Assembly (NCBI GenBank): GCA_902825905.1
Contig: CADECO010000004.1
Location: forward strand, 1-52,787
Length of the DNA stretch: 52,787 nt
Direction: 5' to 3'
Source: an uncultured beta proteobacterium
Lineage (GTDB): Bacteria; Pseudomonadota; Gammaproteobacteria; Burkholderiales; SG8-39
Notes under the pieces: model-generated
Database searches by the model: none
Told to the model about the DNA's origin: nothing
The model's input: the letters and a program-made list of their open reading frames with translations, nothing else
Part shown: one piece after another, positions 17,234-28,161 of the stretch
Layout of the letters: each line of letters starts with the position of its first letter
How positions within the stretch are numbered: position 1 is the stretch's first letter
Program-made: the position numbers and the translations under genes

Positions 17234-18312
17234 CTACGTTTCACTCAATCGGAAATCAGCGGTAGCGTCTAACGCCTCACGATAGAACCCCACGAGGACC
17301 GCGTGACGCGGTTCGTCTTGCGAGGTCGGACGTACCAGCGTTTCGTGGTCGTAACACACACGTTCGTCGCCGCGCCGCTCGTCGAGCGCGAGACTCGCAA
17401 GCCCCGTGATGGGATCGTCACTCCGGAAGTGGAATATCGCTTTGTCGGGCTCGACGATGTGCGTCATGCCGAGAAACCCGCGCCCAGCACAAGCGCTCGT
17501 ACCATAGGGTGCGGACTCGGCGACTTCGCGGGCGAGCAGCTCAAAGCCCCGCGATGTCTCATCCAGATCTGGCACGTGGCGAAAGCAGGCATCGAGTCGG
17601 CTCAGGAACTCCGAGCCGGTTTGAAACTGCCCGCCAAGTCGGTGAAGAAGCATCGTGACGACGGCTGCATAGTCGTCGACCAACTTCGTCCCGCCGCCAC
17701 CGGATACCATTAGCAACAGTCCGATTCGCTTGCCGGCGAACGAGGATCGGTACTTTGCGAGCACGTAGCGCGCGACGATGCCCCCGGCGCTGTGCGCGAC
17801 GATGAGAATGTCGCGACGATCCATCACTGCACGGCCGGTCGCCGGATTGGGGTGCGTAGATAGGTGAACCATTCTTCGGCCGCGGCATCCACGCCATACG
17901 GGCCGGTAAAGAGGCCGGTGAAGTAACCCACCACCGCAATCGAAGCGGCTTCGAGCCGCGCGTCGTGCGCCGCAATCCAAGGCAGTAGAGTGTGCGCTCA
18001 GTGGGCGGCGAGCGTACGAAGAAGGACTTCTGCCGCCACCGCCCACCCCAGAAACCCAGGGCCTTGGTGTTCTGCCATGCTTCCAAACTATCGGGACACG
18101 CCGCCATGCACGAACACCGGCACCGTATCGGAGTCGCGACAGCGGGACCAGAAGAGGAGGTTGTTCTTGCTTGGATGGACCAGACCCGGATTGCAGGCGT
18201 CGTCCCCTTTGGACGCACCTTGCGTGGTGCACCCCGCTGCGCCCCAAACCAAGAGTGCCCTCACCATCGCGCGGACTCCAGGCTTGAATCGGTTCACGCG
18301 ATCACTTCCCAA
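17234..18312 (-). pseudogene. Decayed alpha/beta-hydrolase (lipase/esterase-like) lipoprotein gene
   Basis: Pieces lie in three frames. Piece 1, 18267->18091: MVRALLVWGAAGC lipobox plus DTVPVFVHGG, ended by TAG at 18088-18090. Piece 2, 17997->17827: WIAAHDARLEAASIAVVGYFTGLFTGPYGVDAAAEEWFTYL. Piece 3, about 17850->17234: DILIVAHSAGG nucleophile elbow ... CYDHETLVRP. That gives at least one in-frame stop and two frameshifts. Confidence 0.6.
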
Positions 18313-18525
18313 GGACTTTCAGACGAAGTGCCGGACCGAGATCCCTCAGGGCCTGGTCACCGTGCCCCGCATCATCGGTGTTCGAATGCCGTCCACTTTC
18401 TGGAACCAATCGGCAATTTGCGAAACCATCGCGGTTCGATCGCGACGAATCGTGGAATTGAGGCGGATCACGCATGCGTCCATCGTGCAGTGCGCGAAGG
18501 CGATCGTGCGCTGCGAGCGCTGACC

Positions 18526-19488
18526 GTGCGTAGTGCTCACGCGGCGGCGCTCGTATTAGCAACCCTGATCGCGGCAGGTTGCGCAACCGCCCCTTCAGTC
18601 ACGCCCGAACTCGATCCGCCTGGGGCGATAGACCTGAAGCAACCGATTTTCCCCGCGCCACGACTGGCTTTGGTGCTGGGCGGCGGCGCGGTGCGCGGGT
18701 TCGCTCACATCGGAGTGCTCAAGGCACTCGAGGCGAACGGCCTGCAGCCCGATCTCATAGTCGGTTCGAGCGCGGGCGGCATTGCCGGCGCGATCTATGC
18801 GGCGGGCCAGTCTGCCGAAGAACTTGCGCGGCGCGTGCCCGACGCCGACTGGCGTGACATCCTCGATCTCGACTATACGTTCTTCGACGTGCTGCGCGGG
18901 CGTACGCGCTTCGGGCTGGTCCGCGGTGAGGCGCTGGAGACGCTTGTCAATCGCGAGGTCGGTGCAAGGCGGCTCGAAACGCTTCCCATCCCGTTCATCG
19001 CGATCGCGGCAGACCTGCAGACCGGTGCGCTCGTCGCTTTCGGGCGGGGCAACGTCGGCCGCGCAGTGCGTGCGTCGAGCAGCATTCCCTTTCTGATGCG
19101 GCCGGCGCGAATCGACGGGCGCGACTATATCGACGGTAGCGCAGTGAGCCCGCTGCCCGTAAGGGTCGCGCGCACACTTGGCGCCCAGACTGTCGTCGCG
19201 GTGGACGTAGGATATCCGCCCGAGGAAACCAATCTCGCCAATCCGTTCAATCTGTTCCTTCAGACGTTCCAGATCATGAGTCGGACACTGGCCCGCTGCG
19301 AGGCGGTAGCCGCCGATGTGCTGATCCAGCCAGAGCTCGGCCTCGCGGGTTCCGCAAACTGGGGAAACCGCGAGGCGCTCGTGATAGCCGGGGAGAAAGC
19401 AGGCGCAGCAGCCGTGCCGCACATCCGCGCGGCGCTGCAGCGGGAATCGCCCCACGCCGAGACATCGCGCGGCGACCATTGCCGTTGA
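18526..19488 (+). CDS. Patatin-like phospholipase, lipoprotein (paralog 1)
   Basis: ORF 17992..19488 trimmed to GTG 18526 (VRSAHAAALVLATLIAAGC lipobox). Motifs: GGGAVRG oxyanion motif, GSSAGG (GxSxG), catalytic Asp in YIDGSAV. Confidence 0.85.
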   Translation: MRSAHAAALVLATLIAAGCATAPSVTPELDPPGAIDLKQPIFPAPRLALVLGGGAVRGFAHIGVLKALEANGLQPDLIVGSSAGGIAGAIYAAGQSAEELARRVPDADWRDILDLDYTFFDVLRGRTRFGLVRGEALETLVNREVGARRLETLPIPFIAIAADLQTGALVAFGRGNVGRAVRASSSIPFLMRPARIDGRDYIDGSAVSPLPVRVARTLGAQTVVAVDVGYPPEETNLANPFNLFLQTFQIMSRTLARCEAVAADVLIQPELGLAGSANWGNREALVIAGEKAGAAAVPHIRAALQRESPHAETSRGDHCR

Positions 19489-19811
19489 GCGGAGAGCGGC
19501 GCGCAGCCATTGCCTAGCGGTTCATCAGCGCCATGCAGTGTCTCGTCTCTCATGCATGGCGTCCATGCCGGGCATTGCCTCCATGTGGCACATCGAGCCC
19601 ACGTCGGCCGAGAACGCGTGCGCACCGTGTCCTCACGGCGCAGTCGCTCGGCGAGCGTACGGTGAGCGAGCCTGAGATTCAATTGTCACGGTCGGTCGGT
19701 TCAGGCTCGACACAGGATGCGCGCTAGGGCGAGTACTTGCTGCTGCGGAAAGGATCGTCGAACGCGGTGGCAGCGGCGGCCTTCGGGTGCGTCGCTACAC
19801 ATTGGACCTGC

Positions 19812-20612
19812 TCATTTCGTCTTCACGGTGACGTCTGGCGCGGGCGAATCCGCACTTGGCGCCGAAAGCCCCGACTTTTCGTCTGGATCCGATTCGCGTG
19901 GCGGTGTGCCGTCGTGAATCAGATGGCGCCGGCGCTGCATGAACGCTTCGCGCGCGAACACATAGCGATCAAGCGCCGCCCGCTCGAGAAGATCGACCGA
20001 GTCGAGCGCGCTCGCCCGGAAACTAATGTTCGACGTCGCCGCCAGCGTGTTACGTAGCGCAATTTCGTGCGCGTTCGTCACCGCGTCGGCAAACAATGGC
20101 AATGGTCCGGCGCGCGAGTCGATGGTGAGATACGCCGAGCCGTCGCGCACGGTACTGGGCCCGAACAGGGGAAGCACGAGATACGGACCGCTCGCCAGGC
20201 CCCAGCGGGCGAGCGTCTGACCAAAGTCTTCGTTGTGTTTCTCCAAGCCCGCCTCGGTTGCGGTATCGAACAGACCGCCGATGCCGAACGATGTGTTGAT
20301 GACCACGCGCATCCAATCATTCAGCGAATCACCGACCTTTCCCTGTAGCAAATTGTTCGCACCGATCCACACGTCATCCAGATTCGCGAAGAAGTTGCGG
20401 ATGCCGGTGCGAATCGGTCCAGGTAGGTAGTCGCGATAGGCTTTCGCAACCGGCGTGAGCGCGTAGGTGTCGAGCGTGTCGTTCACCGAAAAAACCGCTC
20501 GATTGACGCGTTCCAGGGGGTCCCCTCGTGAAACGACTTCGTTCCCGGCACAGCCTGCTAACGCGCCGGCCAGCATCAGCGTGCGGACTCGTGAAGTAAG
20601 GTTCCACCGCAT
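19812..20612 (-). CDS. mlaA: MlaA/VacJ-family outer-membrane lipoprotein
   Basis: Start is ATG 20612 with GGAGG 6 nt upstream. Lipobox LAGALAGC. VacJ signature: DPLERVNRAVFSVNDTLD...PGPIRTGIRNFFANL...SFGIGGLFD. It lies 44 nt downstream of cusA on the same strand. Confidence 0.85.
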   Translation of the reverse strand: MRWNLTSRVRTLMLAGALAGCAGNEVVSRGDPLERVNRAVFSVNDTLDTYALTPVAKAYRDYLPGPIRTGIRNFFANLDDVWIGANNLLQGKVGDSLNDWMRVVINTSFGIGGLFDTATEAGLEKHNEDFGQTLARWGLASGPYLVLPLFGPSTVRDGSAYLTIDSRAGPLPLFADAVTNAHEIALRNTLAATSNISFRASALDSVDLLERAALDRYVFAREAFMQRRRHLIHDGTPPRESDPDEKSGLSAPSADSPAPDVTVKTK

Positions 20613-20656
20613 GTTTAGCCTCCTTTTTGTGTTTTGAATGTTCATCGCGTGCTGCC

Positions 20657-23600
20657 TTATACAGCCGGGCCACTCGCGCGCGACATCGCGGCCTCCTCAC
20701 GCACTCTTGCTCTCGTCGCATGGCGAATTGCCGCCCGATTCATCAAGTAGTACGCCCCTGGGATCACGATCATCGACAACAGCGGCGCGCTCACCATGCC
20801 GCCGATCATCGGCGCGGCGATGCGCTGCATGACTTCGGCGCCGGTTCCGTCCGACCACATGAGCGGCGCAAGGCCGGCGAGGATCACGGCGACCGTCATC
20901 GCTTTGGGTCGCACGCGCAGCACCGCCCCCTCGTGAATCGCTTCTAGCAGCGCCTCGCGCGTGAGCACTGCGCCGTCCGCGGTACGCCGATCGATCGCCT
21001 GGCGGAGATAGATCAGCATGATCACGCCGAACTCGGCAGCCACGCCGGCAAGCGCGATGAAGCCGACGGCAGTTGCCACCGACAGGTTGTGACCTAACCA
21101 CCACATCAGCCAAAACCCACCCACCAGCGAGAACGGTAATGTCGCCATGATGAGCAGCGCTTCGGACAGTCGATTGAAGGTGAGATATAGCAACATGAAG
21201 ATGATCAGCAACGTGAAGGGCACCACGACGGTCAGCCGCGCTTTCGCGCGTTCGAGATACTCGAACTGACCGGACCAGCTCACCGACGTGCCGGGCGGGA
21301 GCTTCACGTTCTGCTCCACTGCGCGCTTGGCATCCTCGACCACCGATGCGAGGTCGCGCCCGCGGATGTCGACGTAGATCCAACCCGACAGTCGCGCGTT
21401 CTCGCTTTTCAGCATCGGCGGTCCATCGACGATCGACAGATGGGCCACCGCCTGCAACGGAATCTGCGCGCCGCGCTCGGTCACAATCGGAAGATTGCGC
21501 AGCTTCGCGAGCGAGTCGCGCAACTCGCGCGGATAGCGCACGCTAATTGGGAAGCGTTGCAGGCCCTCGATCGTCTCGCCGATGTTCTCCCCGCCGATCG
21601 CCGCCGTCACGACCGATTGCACGTCGGACACGGTCATGCCGAAGCGCGCCGCCTCCTCGCGCAGCACCTTCACGTCGATGTAGCGCCCACCGGTGATTCG
21701 CTCGGCCAGTGCGGAGGTGACGTTAGGCACGTCCTTCACCACGCGCTCGATCTCGCCCGCGACGCGCTCGATCACCGCCAGATCGGTGCCGGCGACCTTG
21801 ATGCCAAGCGGGCTCTTGATGCCGGTCGCGAGCATGTCGATACGATTGCGAATGGGCGGGATCCAGATGTTCGCCAAGCCCGGCAGCTTGACGATGCTGT
21901 CCAGCTCCTCGATAAGCTTCTCGACTGTCATGCCCGGCCGCCACTCATTTTTCGGCTTCAGCTGCACGGTGGTCTCGACCATTTCGAGCGGTGCGGGGTC
22001 GGTCGCTGTCTCGGCGCGCCCGATCTTGCCGAACACGCGCTTGACCTCCGGTACGGTCGCAATCAAGCGATCAGTCTGCTGCAAGATCTCCGCGGCCTTG
22101 CCGGGCGAGAGGCCCGGCAGCGCGGAGGGCATGTAGAGCAGATCGCCCTCGTCGAGCGGGGGCATGAACTCCCCGCCGACCCTACTCGCGGGAAACCACG
22201 TCGCCGCGAGCGCAACGATCGCCAGGGCCAGTACCAACCAGGGTGCACGCAACACGCCGCGCAACACCGGCTCGTAGAGTGCGATCAGCAGTCGATTGAG
22301 CGGGTTCTTGCGTTCGTCGGGGATACGCCCCCGAATCAGATAACCCATCAGGATCGGAATCAGCGTGACCGCCAGACCGGCGGAGGCGGCCATCGCATAG
22401 GTCTTCGTATACGCGAGCGGCGAGAATAGTCGCCCTTCCTGGGCTTCGAGGGCAAAGACCGGGACGAACGACAGCGTAATGATGAGCAGGCTGAAGAACA
22501 GCGCCGGTCCCACTTCGCTCGCCGCCTCGCCGATCACGCGCCAGTGCTCAGGCCCCTGCAATGATTCGCTGGGATGCGCGTGGCGCCACGCCTCGACGTG
22601 CTTGTGCGCGTTCTCGATCATCACCACCGCTGCATCGACCATCGCGCCGATAGCGATCGCGATGCCGCCTAGGGACATGATGTTGGCGTTCACCCCTTGG
22701 TAAAACATGACGATGAACGCGGCCAGGATGCCGAGCGGCAGACTGACGATCGCCACCAGCGAGGAGCGCAGGTGGAACAAGAACACGAAGCATACCAGCG
22801 CGACGACGATGAACTCTTCGATCAGCTTGTCGGTAAGGTGGGACACCGCACGCTTGATGAGGTCCGAACGATCGTAGGTCTCGATGATCTCGACCCCAGG
22901 CGGCATGCTCGACTTCAGCGAGGCGATCTTCGCCTTCACCGCGGCGATCGTCTCGAGCGCATTCTTGCCCGAGCGCATCACGATGATGCCGCCGGTGGCC
23001 TCGCCTTCGCCATCGAGCTCGGAGATGCCGCGGCGCATCTCCGGTCCGATCTGAATCCGCGCGACGTCACTGAGCCGCACCGGCACGCCGCGATCGGTGG
23101 TCTTGAGCGGAATCGAGCGGAAGTCGTCCAAAGTGCGCAGATAACCGCTCGCGCGCACCATGTACTCGGCTTCACCCAGCTCGACGATCGAGCCACCGGT
23201 TTCCCGGTTGGAGTTTCTGACTGCCTCGATCACCCGGTTGTGCGTAATTCCGTACGCGCGCAGCCGATCGGGGTCGAGCACGATCTGGTATTGGCGCACC
23301 ATACCGCCGACGCTGGCGACCTCGGCGACGTTCGGCACCGCTTTGAGCTCGTACTTCAGAAACCAGTCCTGCAGCGCGCGCAGTTGCCCCAGATCGTGGC
23401 GACCGCTCCGATCGATGAGTGCGTACTGATAGATCCAGCCGACTCCAGTCGCATCAGGGCCGAGTGCAGGCTTCGCGCTCGCGGGCAGTCGCGACTGCAC
23501 CTGATTCAAATATTCGAGCACGCGCGAGCGCGCCCAGTACGGGTCGGTGCCGTCTTCGAACAGCACGTACACGAACGAATCGCCGAACATCGAATACCCG

Positions 23601-23848
23601 CGCACCGTCTTCGCGCCGGGCACCGACACCATCGTCGTGGCGAGCGGATAGGTCACCTGATCCTCGACGATGCGCGGCGCCTGACCCGGGAATGGCGTAC
23701 GGATGATCACTTGCACATCCGATAAGTCAGGAATCGCATCGAGCGGCGTGCGCAGCACCGCCCACCCCCCCCAGGCGGCGACCAGGAAAGTCCCGATCAA
23801 TACCAGGAGGCGATTCGTGATCGACCAGCGAATCAATCCGGCGATCAT
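20657..23848 (-). CDS. cusA: CusA-type Cu(I)/Ag(I) RND efflux pump
   Basis: 1063 aa. TM4 motif [19 protein letters not shown]. All three CusA Met-site contexts are retained ([40 protein letters not shown]). ATGA overlap with cusB. Confidence 0.95.
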   Translation of the reverse strand: MIAGLIRWSITNRLLVLIGTFLVAAWGGWAVLRTPLDAIPDLSDVQVIIRTPFPGQAPRIVEDQVTYPLATTMVSVPGAKTVRGYSMFGDSFVYVLFEDGTDPYWARSRVLEYLNQVQSRLPASAKPALGPDATGVGWIYQYALIDRSGRHDLGQLRALQDWFLKYELKAVPNVAEVASVGGMVRQYQIVLDPDRLRAYGITHNRVIEAVRNSNRETGGSIVELGEAEYMVRASGYLRTLDDFRSIPLKTTDRGVPVRLSDVARIQIGPEMRRGISELDGEGEATGGIIVMRSGKNALETIAAVKAKIASLKSSMPPGVEIIETYDRSDLIKRAVSHLTDKLIEEFIVVALVCFVFLFHLRSSLVAIVSLPLGILAAFIVMFYQGVNANIMSLGGIAIAIGAMVDAAVVMIENAHKHVEAWRHAHPSESLQGPEHWRVIGEAASEVGPALFFSLLIITLSFVPVFALEAQEGRLFSPLAYTKTYAMAASAGLAVTLIPILMGYLIRGRIPDERKNPLNRLLIALYEPVLRGVLRAPWLVLALAIVALAATWFPASRVGGEFMPPLDEGDLLYMPSALPGLSPGKAAEILQQTDRLIATVPEVKRVFGKIGRAETATDPAPLEMVETTVQLKPKNEWRPGMTVEKLIEELDSIVKLPGLANIWIPPIRNRIDMLATGIKSPLGIKVAGTDLAVIERVAGEIERVVKDVPNVTSALAERITGGRYIDVKVLREEAARFGMTVSDVQSVVTAAIGGENIGETIEGLQRFPISVRYPRELRDSLAKLRNLPIVTERGAQIPLQAVAHLSIVDGPPMLKSENARLSGWIYVDIRGRDLASVVEDAKRAVEQNVKLPPGTSVSWSGQFEYLERAKARLTVVVPFTLLIIFMLLYLTFNRLSEALLIMATLPFSLVGGFWLMWWLGHNLSVATAVGFIALAGVAAEFGVIMLIYLRQAIDRRTADGAVLTREALLEAIHEGAVLRVRPKAMTVAVILAGLAPLMWSDGTGAEVMQRIAAPMIGGMVSAPLLSMIVIPGAYYLMNRAAIRHATRARVREEAAMSRASGPAV

Positions 23849-25410
23849 TTCTTCGCTCCCTTCGGTGCGATGCGAACGATGACGTAGTTGCCATCTTTGT
23901 CCGGCTCGCCGCGCATGTCGAACTCGACGAAGTCGCCTTTCTTGAGCCCGGCAAGCGCCTTCTCATCCTCGACCCGAAATCCCATCGTCATTGCCGGCCA
24001 CTTGATCGAAGGCATCGGGTCGTGGCTAAGGTTGATCTCGCCGGTCTTCCTGTTGATTTCGTTCACCTTGCCCAGGCCGCGATGTAGGCCGTTGACAGTG
24101 CGACCGGAGGACGGGTTCTCGGCTGGAGCACCCGGCATCTCCTGCAATCGCGTGAGTGTGCCCTTCAGGCTCGCTTCCGAATCGACTAGGAATTGACCCG
24201 ACACGACGACGGTGTCACCGGCCTTTACGCCCTTGCGAATCTCGGTCTTGCCGTCCATCTCGAAGCCGACTTCGACATCGACCGGGCGGAACTTGCCTTC
24301 ACCCTCGGCGAGGATGACGACTTTGCGCATGCCGGTTTCGATCACCGCCTCGGAGGGGACGATTGCGAGCTTCTCACCGCGGTGGGACGAAAAGGCAAGC
24401 GTCGCGAACATGCCCGGTTTGAGGCGCGCGTCAGGGTTCGCAAGCTCGATGCGCGCGCGCAGCGTACGCGTGGCCGCGTTTACCTCGGGCAGGAGGGCGC
24501 TGACCACTCCACGAAAGACTTGACCGGGCCATGCCGCGACTCTCACCTCGGCGCGATCCCCGGGACGCACCCACGCGGTCTGCGCTTCGGAAACCTCCGC
24601 ATTGACCCACACCGTAGAGAGATCGACCAGGCGATAGAGCATCGCCCCCGCCATCACAGTCATGCCTTCGCGCACCCCGAGCTCAGCGATCACCCCATCG
24701 ATCGGCGAGACAATGGCGATGCGCGAGCGAGGAATGCCTTCGCGCTCGACCGCGGCGATCTCACCCTCGCTCATACCGAGTAGGCGCAGGCGCTCGCGAC
24801 TTGCGACAACCAGATCGCGGTTGGCGGGCGCGTCACTCTTGAGTAAGAAGAGGAACTCATGCTGCGCGGCAGCCCAGTCTGGAACGAGCAACTCGACCAG
24901 CGGCCCGCCTTTGCGCACCGGATCGAGTGGTGCCCGCGCATGCACGCGCTCCACGAACCCGCCGGTCCGCGGCTGCACGACTACGACGCCGCGCTCGTTG
25001 TACTCGACGCTGCCTACTGCCTCGAGCTTCTGCTCGAGCACCCCCATCTCGGCGCGGGCCGTGCGAATGCCCAGATTCTGCACTACGCGCGGATTGATCG
25101 ACACCTTGCCTTCTTCGCCGCCCGACTCCGCGTGCACCGGCACCAGCATCATGTCCATAAAGGGCGACTTGCCCGGCTTCTGGAACTTCTGCTGCGGGAA
25201 CATCGGATCGTGCCAGTAGAGGACGCGCTTGCCGGTCTTGTCCTGCACCACGCCGTCGATCTCAGTCGCGTTCTCTCCCGATGTCGAAGCCTGTTGGGAG
25301 GGGCTAGCCTCCGCCATCGAACCCATGTTGCGCACGGCAAGCCAGTAGCCGGTTGCGCCAGCGCCCGCCATGGCGAGGAGCACGATCGAAGCAATAGCGA
25401 CTCGTTTCAT
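23845..25410 (-). CDS. cusB: CusB/SilB-type periplasmic adaptor with an N-terminal metal-binding motif and a fused C-terminal CusF-like domain
   Basis: The N-terminal [27 protein letters not shown] (about 25134-25224) precedes the MFP core. The C-terminal ~90 aa (about 23848-24118) reads [34 protein letters not shown], which carries the CusF H/W/M/M signature. Confidence 0.9.
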   Translation of the reverse strand: MKRVAIASIVLLAMAGAGATGYWLAVRNMGSMAEASPSQQASTSGENATEIDGVVQDKTGKRVLYWHDPMFPQQKFQKPGKSPFMDMMLVPVHAESGGEEGKVSINPRVVQNLGIRTARAEMGVLEQKLEAVGSVEYNERGVVVVQPRTGGFVERVHARAPLDPVRKGGPLVELLVPDWAAAQHEFLFLLKSDAPANRDLVVASRERLRLLGMSEGEIAAVEREGIPRSRIAIVSPIDGVIAELGVREGMTVMAGAMLYRLVDLSTVWVNAEVSEAQTAWVRPGDRAEVRVAAWPGQVFRGVVSALLPEVNAATRTLRARIELANPDARLKPGMFATLAFSSHRGEKLAIVPSEAVIETGMRKVVILAEGEGKFRPVDVEVGFEMDGKTEIRKGVKAGDTVVVSGQFLVDSEASLKGTLTRLQEMPGAPAENPSSGRTVNGLHRGLGKVNEINRKTGEINLSHDPMPSIKWPAMTMGFRVEDEKALAGLKKGDFVEFDMRGEPDKDGNYVIVRIAPKGAKK

Positions 25411-25413
25411 TGT

Positions 25414-26718
25414 TCAGTCCTCTCGTTCCACGTTGGTGCGCTCGTCTTCATCGAGCAACGCATAGCGCAGGTTCGCCCACGCGAGCGCGCGCTCGCGCTC
25501 GGCGCCAAGCGTGTCGATCGCGATCTCGTTTTCCGCACGGCGCGCTTCCAGCACCGCGGTAAGCGCTCCCTTGCCGCCTCGATAAGCGGCCGTGGCCGCG
25601 GCGGTGCGCTGGCGCGCTGTAGGAAGCAGAGCGTGCTGGTGGTGTTGTGCGCGTCGCTGCGCTGACTCGTGATCGGTGAGATAGAGCAGCAGCTCGGCCT
25701 CGGCGCTCCGACGCGCTTCTGCCACTAGCGTTCGTGCCCGCTCGAGACTCGCCAAGCGCGCCGCGACATCGCGGTCCTGCCGGCGCTCGGCCCACAGCGG
25801 CAGATCCATCTGGACCATCAGCGAGACCATGTTCGAGAAGGCAGGCTCACGGCGGGCGAAAGAGAGCTCTACCGCCCAGTCAGGTGCTCTTGTGGCGCGC
25901 GCCTTTTGCACATCCGCCTGCGCCATGCGTGTTTGCGCGAGCGCGGTGAGAAGCGCCGGATGGCGCTCGAGCCGCTGCGGGATCTGTGCTGTCGAATAGG
26001 GTGGTGCGGTGGTATCCGGAACGGGGCCGGGCAAGACTGACGCGGATGCACCGGTCAAGCGCACGAGATCAACACGAGCACGCTGCACCATGCGATCCTG
26101 CGTAATCGCGCGATCGCGCAGCGCCTCGCGCACCCCACGCAGCGTGAAGATTTCCGCCGCTGTCGCACGTCCAACTGCCAGCGCCGGCACGCTTGCTTCC
26201 ACCTCGAAGCCGACTTGCTGGTCCAGCTCGTCGAGCTGGGCGCGTACCGCCTGCGCGTAGGCGTACTCCATCCACGCGATAGCCGTTTCACGTCGCACCG
26301 CCGCGCGTTCGCGCGCGAGGCCGGCGCGCTCCGCGACAACCTCACTTTGCGCTCTCGATCGCGCGGCAGCGCGCTTGTCACCGTGTGGGAACTCCTGCAT
26401 CACGCCGATGCGTTGCATCGTCATGAAATCGCGGTCGTAGCGAAATCGGTCGTTGTCAGTCACCGGCAGGTTCTCCAGCCCGAAGCGCAGCTTCGGATCG
26501 GGCAGCTCGCTCGCGCGGCCAACGACCTCGGCCGCTCCTTGCACCGCCTGCGATTGCGAGGCCACTTTGAAGGATCGTGCAACGCCGAGCGCAACAGCCT
26601 CATCCAGCGTGAGCGGCGCGGACACGCTGATTTGTCCGAGCGCGATAAATGGGACGAGCATTACGAGAGCAAGTACGTATCGACCCGCACTTGCACCAGA
26701 GAACTGCGTCGATTGCAT
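25414..26718 (-). CDS. cusC: CusC/TolC-family outer-membrane factor
   Basis: ORF 25414..26823 trimmed to ATG 26718 (AGGAG 6 nt upstream; signal MQSTQFSGASAGRYVLALVMLVPFIALG). Two-repeat OMF layout. 3-nt gap to cusB. Confidence 0.85.
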   Translation of the reverse strand: MQSTQFSGASAGRYVLALVMLVPFIALGQISVSAPLTLDEAVALGVARSFKVASQSQAVQGAAEVVGRASELPDPKLRFGLENLPVTDNDRFRYDRDFMTMQRIGVMQEFPHGDKRAAARSRAQSEVVAERAGLARERAAVRRETAIAWMEYAYAQAVRAQLDELDQQVGFEVEASVPALAVGRATAAEIFTLRGVREALRDRAITQDRMVQRARVDLVRLTGASASVLPGPVPDTTAPPYSTAQIPQRLERHPALLTALAQTRMAQADVQKARATRAPDWAVELSFARREPAFSNMVSLMVQMDLPLWAERRQDRDVAARLASLERARTLVAEARRSAEAELLLYLTDHESAQRRAQHHQHALLPTARQRTAAATAAYRGGKGALTAVLEARRAENEIAIDTLGAERERALAWANLRYALLDEDERTNVERED

Positions 26719-26767
26719 GGACTGCTCCTGTTGTTGATCGTTCAAACCGGCGACGCGTGCACGATGC

Positions 26768-27265
26768 TCATCGCGCTCCATTGCGCGACAGCACCAGTCC
26801 GCCCCACAGGTAACGGCGCGCAAGCCAGAGCGTCGCGACGGGGAGCGTCAGCCATTGCAAGACCGGAACAAGCCCGGTCCCTAGTCCCGGCAGGCGGGGC
26901 ATGATGTCGGCGTACTCCCAGCGCGCAAGCGGGCCGGTGGCGAGGAACTCGTAGATCATCGTGAGCGCGAGCCCGACGATCATGTAGATCGCCGTCGGCG
27001 CTGGTTTAGGGATCAGCAGCCACGCGCGTGATCGCGCCGCAAGGGCCCCGATCCAGAACGCAACCAGTGCGATCAGCACATCACCAAGTGTTGCTACGGT
27101 GCACGTGCGCACGCCCTCCCAATGCTGGAGTTCCGCCATTCCTACCCAAAACGGCGCCTGTATGAACTCCCACACGAAGTGCAGAAGAAACGCGAATAGC
27201 CCGATCGGCAGCTCCGGCCATCCACGAAGTGTAGCGAGCGGCTTTTCGTTGGATATTGAATTCAT
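26768..27265 (-). CDS. Integral membrane protein (about 4 TM), unknown family, translationally coupled to the patatin gene
   Basis: Hydrophobic helices (LPIGLFAFLLHFVWEFI, LGDVLIALVAFWIGALAA, TAIYMIVGLALTMIYEFL, LVPVLQWLTLPVATLWL). Its ATG overlaps the patatin stop (TGATG at 27263-27267). Confidence 0.55.
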   Translation of the reverse strand: MNSISNEKPLATLRGWPELPIGLFAFLLHFVWEFIQAPFWVGMAELQHWEGVRTCTVATLGDVLIALVAFWIGALAARSRAWLLIPKPAPTAIYMIVGLALTMIYEFLATGPLARWEYADIMPRLPGLGTGLVPVLQWLTLPVATLWLARRYLWGGLVLSRNGAR

Positions 27266-28158
27266 CAGAGCGACTCCAATAGCTGTCTCAATCGCGGCAA
27301 TGCCGCGTGCGCCGCGCGCTCGCCCGACTCGATAATGTCGGTGCGATTGGCGAGCGTGATTTCCGATTCAGGCGGCAGCTGTGGGGCGATGAGGACGTGC
27401 GCCCACGTCGACTGGAGCTTCGCGAGGCGGTGGATCATGATCAACAGACTCTTGTTGACCACCGACAACGGATTGCCGGGCGTCATCTCGGCTGGGTCGT
27501 AGATCACATTCACGCCAACGACGAATTGCGCACCCGCCTCTAGTGCAGTCTCCGCCGGAAGCGGTCGTGACAAACCGCCGTCGACATAGGGAGCGCCGGC
27601 GATCCAAGTCGGTTGCAACAGGCCTGGAATGCTGCAGGAGGCGCGTACTGCGCGGCCGACGTTGCCGCGGACGAAGCCGATCGGCTCCCCATCGCGCAGA
27701 TCAGTCGCGACGATGCAGAGGCGCCGCGGCAGCGACTCGATTGGACGATGCCCAACGCGTTCGTTGATGAAGTCTTCGAGGCCGAATGCATCGAACAGCC
27801 CCAGGATCGGCCAGCCGAGACCGGCGAGTTGGTCCAGGCGCAGCCGCGGACTCTCGCCCTCGATCGCCTCCGCAGACCAGCCCGCGGCATACAGCGTCCC
27901 GACGATGCTGCCGGCGCTCGTACCCACTACCAGATCTGGTTCGATACCAGCGCGCTCCAACACCCGCAGGACACCAATGTGGGCAAAACCGCGTCGCGAT
28001 CCGCCGCTCAAAACCAACGCGAGGCGTGGCGCTATGCCCGAGTGCGCGCTAGCAGGTGCGGTCGCAGGTTCGGGTAAATCGATTCGCGATCCCGGACGCA
28101 ACGCACAGCTGGCTTGAAGCGCCGCGAATGACCCGAGCAAAAAGACTCTTCGCTTCAT
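27265..28158 (-). CDS. Patatin-like phospholipase, lipoprotein (paralog 2)
   Basis: Lipobox FAALQASC. Motifs: SGGSRRG, GTSAGS (GxSxG), YVDGGL Asp. By eye it is roughly 40-50 percent identical to paralog 1. Confidence 0.85.
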   Translation of the reverse strand: MKRRVFLLGSFAALQASCALRPGSRIDLPEPATAPASAHSGIAPRLALVLSGGSRRGFAHIGVLRVLERAGIEPDLVVGTSAGSIVGTLYAAGWSAEAIEGESPRLRLDQLAGLGWPILGLFDAFGLEDFINERVGHRPIESLPRRLCIVATDLRDGEPIGFVRGNVGRAVRASCSIPGLLQPTWIAGAPYVDGGLSRPLPAETALEAGAQFVVGVNVIYDPAEMTPGNPLSVVNKSLLIMIHRLAKLQSTWAHVLIAPQLPPESEITLANRTDIIESGERAAHAALPRLRQLLESL

Positions 28159-28161
28159 CGC

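Noticed and set aside
17992-18525. N-terminal 178 codons of the ORF-track patatin ORF (17992..19488).
   Set aside because: The translation is Arg/Pro-rich and non-coding in appearance, and it overlaps the hydrolase pseudogene on the opposite strand. A lipoprotein signal begins at GTG 18526, right before the patatin motifs.
19525-19593. 22-codon Met/His-rich micro-ORF (MCHMEAMPGMDAMHERRDTAWR) on the minus strand, and the inverted repeat GCCATGCA/TGCATGGC (19530-19560), between the convergent patatin and mlaA genes.
   Set aside because: It has no SD and no signal peptide. The Met codons come from repeated CATG palindromes that also form the hairpin, so the Met-rich peptide is probably a by-product of the DNA symmetry. 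The hairpin has a 15-nt loop and no T-tract, so it is not called a terminator.
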